Below, piece by piece: positions 19,183-25,652 of a DNA stretch of 40,537 nt (within the stretch, counting starts at the first letter, position 1; each line of letters starts with the position of its first letter). The translations under genes and the position numbers were made by a program. The DNA comes from a virus. Its lineage: Duplodnaviria; Caudoviricetes. The notes beneath the pieces were generated by a model. That model had not been told where the DNA came from. It saw only the letters and a program-made list of their open reading frames with translations, and searched no databases. Location: positions 1 through 40,537 of the IMG/VR virus record IMGVR_UViG_3300044606_000221, one strand, 5' to 3'.

Positions 19183-19183
19183 G

Positions 19184-19480
19184 TCAGCAACTCACCCCCT
19201 CATCCCTCTCTGCCTCATCCATCATCTGCCGGAACCGTTCCGGACACAGAGAAAGCAGATCATTCAGAACCCACAGCCCCATGTTCCTCTCCCCCTCGCG
19301 AAAAGCCGTTCCCGCAGCATCACCGACGAAAGACAGCCGGAATATCCCGGCACGGCCCAGAAGACGCCACAGAAAACGGCGACCCTCAGGGGTCGCCGCA
19401 ACACGACGCAGATCATCCATATCACGTTCCACCCGGCGCATGTTCCGCTCCGTTACTTCTCCAACCTCTTCAGAGGGCAC
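19184..19480 (-). CDS. Bbp19-like small head-module protein
   Basis: DLRRVAATPEGRRFLWRLL...AFREGERNMGL. Confidence 0.8.
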   Translation of the reverse strand: MPSEEVGEVTERNMRRVERDMDDLRRVAATPEGRRFLWRLLGRAGIFRLSFVGDAAGTAFREGERNMGLWVLNDLLSLCPERFRQMMDEAERDEGVSC

Positions 19481-21154
19481 CTACGCACCACCTCCCATCC
19501 CCAAAGAACCCATCAGCATGGAAAGAGCATTGTTGCCTCCCGTGTCAGCCTCGGAAAGAACCTTCGCACCCTGGGCAGCCTGCGCCGCCATCTGCGCCGC
19601 CTGGGCGGCCTGCTCCTTCCTCGCTCGCGCCTCCCGGATCTCCGCAACCTCGTCGTCAGACACCACCATCCCGGGCGGCGTCCCCAGCGCCGCAGCATAC
19701 TCGTCAATGGTCTGGTCCCAGTCAATCTTGTCTACCGCAGCGGGATTCACAGCCGCCAGGCTCCCCGTGAAGGCTACGAGCTGTTCGATTCCCGTCACGG
19801 CAACCATGCGCTGTGCCTGGGCCAGCATGGAAACGTACTCCACCTGAAGATCCATTCCCGCCAGTTCCTCCGGAGGAGGCGGAACCAGGCCGGACCGGAG
19901 CATGATACTGAACGTCCTGTCGATGAGCGGATCCAGCAGCTCACCCTCAAGCCGCTCCAACACCGGACCGAGCATCACGAGCTTTTCCTCGTGCCGTTCC
20001 ACCACTTCTCGTGCGGTCATATCCCTTCGCCCGGCTTGGTCCATCGAAGTGAGCATCAGGAAGAGGTCGTTGAAGAACGTCCTCCCGATGCTGTCCTTCA
20101 CCGACCGGATCTTGTACTCCACTGCCTGCAGGTCCGGCGAGATCTGGTAAAGAGGTGTCACCGCCTCCCGCTCCGATCCGTCCACGAAGGTGATTCCTCC
20201 TGGAAGAATGTTCACCCCGTCCCGCCGGAAGTTCCAGGGCACCCGAAGAGGCGGATCCACCACCTTCGCCAGGGCCATGAGGGAATCCTCCTGGAGTTTC
20301 TGGAGCATCTTCGAGTCCCCCAGAGCAGTCCACCCCGGACCACGTCCATAGACACAGTTCGGCCGTACCTCCCATCTCGGCGCCATGACCGGCAATTCCT
20401 CGAACCCAGAGGCCCGGAGAAACCTTCCTTCCGTCGCAGCCTCCTCGAAGTGAACACTCCGGTAACGCATCCCCCTCGGCCCGGGAAGCCCTTCAATGCG
20501 CTCGTCGTTCGGCTCGATCACGTGGAGGATCCGGAACCACGCCTCCGTGGAGCCGTTCAGAAACGCCGCTCTCACCGAATCCGACACCGCATCCATCCCG
20601 AACTCGGCCACCATCTGGGCTGCCGTCATCCATCCCTCCCGGACGAACACCTCCGTCCGCAAGTCCGGTCCCAGCGCGAGCAGATATTCCCCGGCGGAGA
20701 ACGTCCGGCACCGGATCACGTCCCGGTAGTCCGGAAGCACCATCATGGCCCCCGTCCCAAAAGCGCCGACCTCCCCGTAGAGCATGTGCAGTGCGTTGTA
20801 CGTATTCGACCGTGCGAAGACCGTCTCCATCCTGCGCTGCACCTCGGCAAGCCAGAACTTCACCGGCGGATACTCCGACAGCCCGGAATCCGGAACCTCC
20901 AGACGGAACCACGGCCGCGACGGAGACGTGAGCCCGCTCTGCATTCCCGCTGCAAGTACCCGCAGAGCCCTCTCAGGCTCCCCGTCGATGATCCTTTCAT
21001 CTCCGCGTTTGCCCCGGTTTGGGCGCTCATCGGAAAAAACCCCGCTCCCCGGCGAAATGTGGTCCGCGATCTCCTTCCAGATGGGAATCCACGTGGCACG
21101 TTCCGTCTTTAGCGCCGCAATCCGGCGGCGCAGTTCATCCAACGGCGGCGCCAT
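19481..21154 (-). CDS. Portal (head-to-tail connector) protein
   Basis: LAAGMQSGLTSPSRPWF, YGRGPG..ALGD, MTAREV.ERHEEKL..LGPVLERL; start set at ATG 21154 after a GGAGG RBS. Confidence 0.95.
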   Translation of the reverse strand: MAPPLDELRRRIAALKTERATWIPIWKEIADHISPGSGVFSDERPNRGKRGDERIIDGEPERALRVLAAGMQSGLTSPSRPWFRLEVPDSGLSEYPPVKFWLAEVQRRMETVFARSNTYNALHMLYGEVGAFGTGAMMVLPDYRDVIRCRTFSAGEYLLALGPDLRTEVFVREGWMTAAQMVAEFGMDAVSDSVRAAFLNGSTEAWFRILHVIEPNDERIEGLPGPRGMRYRSVHFEEAATEGRFLRASGFEELPVMAPRWEVRPNCVYGRGPGWTALGDSKMLQKLQEDSLMALAKVVDPPLRVPWNFRRDGVNILPGGITFVDGSEREAVTPLYQISPDLQAVEYKIRSVKDSIGRTFFNDLFLMLTSMDQAGRRDMTAREVVERHEEKLVMLGPVLERLEGELLDPLIDRTFSIMLRSGLVPPPPEELAGMDLQVEYVSMLAQAQRMVAVTGIEQLVAFTGSLAAVNPAAVDKIDWDQTIDEYAAALGTPPGMVVSDDEVAEIREARARKEQAAQAAQMAAQAAQGAKVLSEADTGGNNALSMLMGSLGMGGGA

Positions 21155-21179
21155 TTCCCTGCCTCCTCTCCTTCCGTCC

Positions 21180-21434
21180 TCACTGACCAAGAAGAGCCTT
21201 TCCAGATCCAGAATTCCCGGAGACCCCCTTCGAGAGAGCCCCTCCCGGGAGCGTGTAGATAGTCCCGTATCTGGAAAGCGCCGCTTTCTGGCGCTTCAGC
21301 TCCCGCTGCCGTGCGCGGCCGATCTCCTCCGATGCCGAATAATCCACCACCTCCGGCGCCGGCGGAGGTGCGGCGGGCGGATCGGGAGCCTTCGGCATCT
21401 CCACTTCCGGAATGGATGGCGTGGACAAACACAT
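21180..21434 (-). CDS. Small Pro-rich structural/assembly protein
   Basis: MC start, Pro-rich, ends in KALLGQ, the usual pattern for the gene preceding the portal in this group. Confidence 0.7.
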   Translation of the reverse strand: MCLSTPSIPEVEMPKAPDPPAAPPPAPEVVDYSASEEIGRARQRELKRQKAALSRYGTIYTLPGGALSKGVSGNSGSGKALLGQ

Positions 21435-21439
21435 TCGAG

Positions 21440-22837
21440 TCACCCCCTTCTCGCAAGCACGTCATACGTCCGCCCGGAGGAAAATTCCGGCCGCTGTCTT
21501 TCATCCCGCCTCACCACCGGAGCCGCGAAGGTCAATGCCAGCGCGTCCGCCAGATCCGGCGACGCCAGCCCACGCTTCTTCATGTCCTCCTTCCGCTCCA
21601 ACTGAATCCGCCCCCTCACCGTGAATCCGTACTCCGGACCCGCGAGATCGTCCTTCAGATCCTCCTCCGGAGGAAGAGCACCCCCTGATTCCAGCCATTC
21701 CTTCATCTTGCACCACATCTCCGCACGAATATTCTCGTACCGGTCCACGTTCACCGCACGCCCGCCGAAATTCACGGGGATAGGCCTCCGCCCCATCTGA
21801 CGCAACCGATCGATCACCCCCGTACCCCATCCAACATCGACAAAGACCGCATCCGCTCGATAACGGTCCTCGAACTCCGCCACCAACCCCGCGAGTGTCA
21901 TGTTGTCGATGTTCAGCCAGACCCCGAGCAACGCCGAACGCAGACCCTGGCGGAGAAAGACCGCCGAACGATCGTCCCCCTCCCACGCCACGTCCACACC
22001 GAGAACCACAGGGGCAAAGGAATACTGCTCCTCCCGGAGATGCTTCCCGAACGCCGCTTCGATGAGCGAAAGAGGAATGAGCTGCACCACAGACGCGGAC
22101 GGAAAATCCCCGGCAACGCGGACCCGGAAGATATCGCTCTCCCGCCCGTACTTTTCCTCCATCTTCCGAACCCACTCCTTCGACACGAGCGGCGAGTCCT
22201 CCGCAGAGAAATGCAGCCGCACCCAAAGATCCCTGTCCCGATAGAACGCACGGTGGAAGTATCCCGTCACACGCGTCGGATTCGCCGCCATCACGACGCG
22301 CGCGCCGGGCGTCGAAAGCGCCCCTTCCGCGACCTCGAAGATCTGCTCCGGAATCCCCGAGGCCTCGTCGATGAGAAAGAGCAGATTCCTCGCGTGAAAT
22401 CCCTGGAGCGCCTCGGGACGCTCCTTTGTGGAGGTGCGCCGCACCCCATACGACGAAGATCCGACCACCCGGACATACTCCGAGGACACCTCCAAATTCT
22501 CCCTGTACCAGACATGAAGCCTCCCGTGCCACTTCCCGATCTCCGGCCACAGAATGTCCTTCAACTGATGTTCCGTCGGCGCCGTGCACGGCACACGTGC
22601 GTCCGGATGCGTACAAAGGAACCAGAGGAGAAGCCACGCCAGCGCCGTCGATTTCCCTGTCCCGTGCCCGGACCTCACCGCCACGTGGGCGCCAGGTTTC
22701 GAAATCGCGTCGAGGAGTTGTGCCTGCTGTTCCGTAGGCTCCACGGAGACAGCCTCACGAACGAACGCCACAGGCGAGACCCGATGCCGGCGGAGCACCT
22801 CCTTCGTCTTCGCCACCCAGTCAGGAATCGTTTCCAT
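21440..22837 (-). CDS. terL: Terminase large subunit
   Basis: Walker A VRSGHGTGKS, Walker B LIDEASG, NPT coupling motif, nuclease GVDVA..GDD and SPDLADALALTF. Confidence 0.96.
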   Translation of the reverse strand: METIPDWVAKTKEVLRRHRVSPVAFVREAVSVEPTEQQAQLLDAISKPGAHVAVRSGHGTGKSTALAWLLLWFLCTHPDARVPCTAPTEHQLKDILWPEIGKWHGRLHVWYRENLEVSSEYVRVVGSSSYGVRRTSTKERPEALQGFHARNLLFLIDEASGIPEQIFEVAEGALSTPGARVVMAANPTRVTGYFHRAFYRDRDLWVRLHFSAEDSPLVSKEWVRKMEEKYGRESDIFRVRVAGDFPSASVVQLIPLSLIEAAFGKHLREEQYSFAPVVLGVDVAWEGDDRSAVFLRQGLRSALLGVWLNIDNMTLAGLVAEFEDRYRADAVFVDVGWGTGVIDRLRQMGRRPIPVNFGGRAVNVDRYENIRAEMWCKMKEWLESGGALPPEEDLKDDLAGPEYGFTVRGRIQLERKEDMKKRGLASPDLADALALTFAAPVVRRDERQRPEFSSGRTYDVLARRG

Positions 22838-23354
22838 CGTTGCCGTCCTCGAGGATATCCGCGAGACCGAACCGCACCGTCAGAGTCGCGGTGTCTTTCC
22901 ACATGGACAGGTGTCGCCCGAGCAATTCCAACGCTTTCGTCTTGTCCCACCGGCGCACTTTCTTCGTGTACCCCACGAGGCAGCGCTCCTTGCCGGATCC
23001 CGCATACTCCTCGAGGATCTCGATACTTGCGAGAGCCGCAGCAGTGTCGTCATCCAGCTCGTGCGGAGCCTTCAGGCTCCCGTCCTCACGAAACAGCCTC
23101 CTCGCGTCGGAGAAGGCCACCCGTGCAAGCTCGCGGACCACCATATCCTGGGTGACTTCCACCCGTTGCGCCCGTTCCTCCTGTCCCCTTTGGATCGCCG
23201 ATGCAACCTGAGTTTTCCGTAGTAACTGCAATCCGATAGAATCGGCGGTCTTCATGCTATATCCCGCCCTGATGGCCGCCTGAGTGGCGTTCAGATCGAC
23301 GAGATACTCCGCCACGAATCGTTCCTGCTTCGGCGTGAGTTTGCGAACTTTCAT
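22821..23354 (-). CDS. terS: Terminase small subunit
   Basis: LTPKQERFVAEYLVDLNATQAAIRAGYS...KALELLGRHL; GGAGGTGA RBS before ATG 23354. Confidence 0.95.
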   Translation of the reverse strand: MKVRKLTPKQERFVAEYLVDLNATQAAIRAGYSMKTADSIGLQLLRKTQVASAIQRGQEERAQRVEVTQDMVVRELARVAFSDARRLFREDGSLKAPHELDDDTAAALASIEILEEYAGSGKERCLVGYTKKVRRWDKTKALELLGRHLSMWKDTATLTVRFGLADILEDGNDGNDS

Positions 23355-23380
23355 GGCGGTCACCTCCCCATCCCCAAAAC

Positions 23381-23411
23381 AAAAAATGCCCCACCGTTTC
23401 CGGTAGGGGCA
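23381..23411 (-). terminator. Rho-independent terminator directly upstream of terS
   Basis: Minus strand TGCCCCTACCG-GAAA-CGGTGGGGCA-TTTTTT. Confidence 0.85.
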
Positions 23412-23848
23412 CATCTAGGCAGCACAAAAATATGACATCGAAAAAACTCGCACTTTAACGGTGACGAGCTTTTCGATATTTAATAGGGAAGAAGGGGCTA
23501 CCCCCTACTTCAGAGAAAAACCCTAGTTTGCCCGAAAAATCCGGGTCTAGAATAATCCCCTGCCTTTTCCAGTAGCCCCTGCCTTATCTCGTCTTGTGAG
23601 ACGAGGCCACCTCGATACTAGGCTCGCTGTGGCGTTGAGTCCCTCTCACGTCCAATCAGCTTCATCTCGAAACTTCAAGGCTTAGTGAAGGGTGCTCATC
23701 TTTGGCATTCTCTTCTCTGGAACTGTCCCTTAAGAAAAGGAGTCACCCACCTAGTCGAGTGAGTAGAGTCGGGGAGCTAACATAACTGCGGTCAAGATCT
23801 GTACTAGCATCTCTACCAAAGTAATCACTCCCCCTTCTTAAGAGATTT
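23381..23848 (-). ncRNA. Putative structured non-coding RNA (~470 nt), family not recognised
   Basis: No ORF of 60 aa or more in the interval; own extended -10 promoter; several stems whose G-U pairs work only on the minus strand; closes with terminator(s). Confidence 0.65.
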
Positions 23849-23853
23849 GTCTA

Positions 23854-23862
23854 ATTATACCA
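23854..23862 (-). promoter_or_regulatory. Extended -10 promoter (TGGTATAAT) for the non-coding cassette
   Basis: Perfect TGnTATAAT on the minus strand; predicted start around 23847, just before the first hairpin. Confidence 0.75.
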
Positions 23863-23927
23863 ACAACCCACACAAAAGGCCATGTCTCGATAAGAAAACC
23901 AGCGCTACGACTTTCGTCCACGGTAAC

Positions 23928-23972
23928 ACCATAGCACGTTTTTTTCTGGGAATCATTCCCAAAAATGATTCC
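23928..23972 (-). promoter_or_regulatory. Putative late promoter with activator-binding palindromes
   Basis: TG-C-TATGGT (23936-23928), with GGGAATCATTCCC (23948-23960) and the GGAATCATT/AATGATTCC inverted repeat in the -35 region, immediately after the RinA/ArpU-like gene. Confidence 0.5.
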
Positions 23973-23977
23973 GGATT

Positions 23978-24391
23978 TTACAGCCCCCACTCCTCCGCCA
24001 CTCTTCCGGCGATCCCATCAAGGCTCCGATAGAGTTCACTCTTCGAGCAGTCAAGCACCGGCCCGAGCTCCCACCACGGCGAGCCCTTCCAGCAGTGCAT
24101 CTCGACCAAAAAGCGATCCCGATCCGAAAGCCCAGAGAAAACCCGCTCCATCCGCTCTATATTCCTCGCGAGCCGGCGGTACTCCGGGTCCGCCTCCTTC
24201 CTCTCCAGGAGCCGTTCCTGCATGTATTTCGGAAGCCCTCCTCGAACTGGTCCCGTCTCCGAAGCCCCGCCGGCGGTCACGATCCCCTCGATCCACCGAT
24301 CCAGAGTGTTCCTCGTCTTCACCCACTCGGGGTATTCCTGGAGAAGTGTCATCGCCAGTTGCAGCGCACGGCGGCGCACCTTCACACTCAT
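23978..24391 (-). CDS. RinA/ArpU-like late transcriptional regulator (C-terminal sigma70 region-4-like HTH)
   Basis: From ATG 24391 (MSVKVRRRAL...); C-terminus LSDRDRFLVEMHCWKGSPWWELGPVLDCSKSELYR; last early gene before the packaging genes. Confidence 0.75.
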   Translation of the reverse strand: MSVKVRRRALQLAMTLLQEYPEWVKTRNTLDRWIEGIVTAGGASETGPVRGGLPKYMQERLLERKEADPEYRRLARNIERMERVFSGLSDRDRFLVEMHCWKGSPWWELGPVLDCSKSELYRSLDGIAGRVAEEWGL

Positions 24392-24774
24392 AACGGCAAC
24401 CTTCCTTGCACACGCTCTCTCGTTTCGCGAACCAGAACCAACAGCCCCTCTCTCTCCTTTCTGAGTGCCTTCCTGCGCGAATCCAAAAAACAATCCTTCA
24501 GTTCCCTTTCGATTGCCGCGCAGTTTCTCTGCACTCGCTGGTACTCCGGGTGACATTCCTTGAGCATGATGATCTTCTCCGCCTGCGGAAGCGATACGCC
24601 ACCCTGGACGCGATCGGAATACGGGTCTTTGAACGACGACACCTCGAAGATGGAATCCATGACGCGAAGTAGGCGTTTCCACGCCGGATAGAGTTCAAGT
24701 TTCCTCTCGGCGGCGGTTATTTCGTCCGGTGCATAGGGCGAAAGGATCTCCATTATCGCGTCGTTTTTACGCAT
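24388..24774 (-). CDS. Paralogue of the downstream regulator, lacking the C-terminal HTH
   Basis: Shares L..YP.W, V.GG and KE..PEY.R..RN...ER with 23978-24391. Confidence 0.65.
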   Translation of the reverse strand: MRKNDAIMEILSPYAPDEITAAERKLELYPAWKRLLRVMDSIFEVSSFKDPYSDRVQGGVSLPQAEKIIMLKECHPEYQRVQRNCAAIERELKDCFLDSRRKALRKEREGLLVLVRETRERVQGRLPL

Positions 24775-24789
24775 TCCCTACCCCCCCGC

Positions 24790-25125
24790 CTACCCGGCTT
24801 TGAACGAGGCGCAGACGACCGCCCCTTCTTTGAATCCCGGCGCCGCTATCCCGATCAGTTCAACCTTCACATTCTCCAGGTCGCAGCACCATTCGTCGGC
24901 GCCGTCATTCCACCCGCTGTCGCCCCACATCCTCAAACGATCGTTCCATCTCGCACGTCCGTTCGGATGGATCCTTCTCGCTGACTCTTCATCCATAGCC
25001 ACGACGACGGCGGAATCGTAGTAGTCGTAGCCGCCGTTCACGGTCTGCGAAATCCGGTAGATTCTTGGGTACGACACGATCGTTGCCTCCTGGATCTTCA
25101 TCACGATCTCCTCCCGGCTCATCAC
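24790..25125 (-). CDS. Hypothetical phage protein
   Basis: 111 aa, YDYYDSAVVVA..EE.AR.IHP...VELIG.A; overlaps the upstream stop codon. Confidence 0.7.
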   Translation of the reverse strand: MMSREEIVMKIQEATIVSYPRIYRISQTVNGGYDYYDSAVVVAMDEESARRIHPNGRARWNDRLRMWGDSGWNDGADEWCCDLENVKVELIGIAAPGFKEGAVVCASFKAG

Positions 25126-25652
25126 GCTTCCCCCCTCTTCCGAATCACGGCCGCCGCGTAGAATGCGATCAGCCCGGCGTCGCTCCTACCGTGATGCGGC
25201 GTTCTCGCCCCGTCCGGAACCAGTTCGAGATCCGGGAGCAACTGCTTCGCTCTCATGAGAGACCGCTCCTTCGTATCGCCGCAGACCGTTCCGCTTCCGA
25301 AGACGTACCGCTGCCACGCCCGAGGAGGCACCGTCTGGTACTCGATCCGCAGGCCCGCGAGAATCCCTTTCCAGATTCCGTAGTTCTCGCCGAGCGAAAA
25401 CGCGCTCTTCGCTCCCTGAACGTGCCCGCCCTTCGCCATGTACTGCTGCCGCTCGATCACGGCGAAGGAATCCCCGAGTCCGCGCAGCTCCGCCGCGGCG
25501 GTTTCAGGCTCCCCGCTCCAATCGAAGACGCGGACGACTCCCTTCGTCCGCGGTTCCAGGACGACGACGGCTCCCGTCGCCCCGGGATCGATCCCTATCG
25601 CGTATACCCTTTGAGTCTGGAGCGGCTGTTCACGCATCTTATCCCTGCTCAT
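25122..25652 (-). CDS. RuvC-like Holliday junction resolvase
   Basis: IGIDPGATGA, VIE, GENYG.W.GIL, VPP..WQ, GRSDA.LIA; ATGA overlap with the helicase stop. Confidence 0.85.
   Translation of the reverse strand: MSRDKMREQPLQTQRVYAIGIDPGATGAVVVLEPRTKGVVRVFDWSGEPETAAAELRGLGDSFAVIERQQYMAKGGHVQGAKSAFSLGENYGIWKGILAGLRIEYQTVPPRAWQRYVFGSGTVCGDTKERSLMRAKQLLPDLELVPDGARTPHHGRSDAGLIAFYAAAVIRKRGEA

Noticed and set aside
23726-23845. 6S RNA identity for the first long hairpin (CTTGACC, GGGAGC and CACCCACC-like words)
   Set aside because: The motifs fall on different strands and in the wrong order, and the rod is only about 120 nt
23381-23850. Group I/II intron, tmRNA, retron or riboswitch identity for the non-coding cassette
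   Set aside because: No domain V, P7 or tRNA-like ends, no recognisable aptamer consensus, and no RT nearby
23953-23965. 13-bp match (TTTTTGGGAATGA) between the late-promoter region and 39995-40007
   Set aside because: A low-complexity 13-mer match is expected by chance in a 40-kb self-comparison; no further extension
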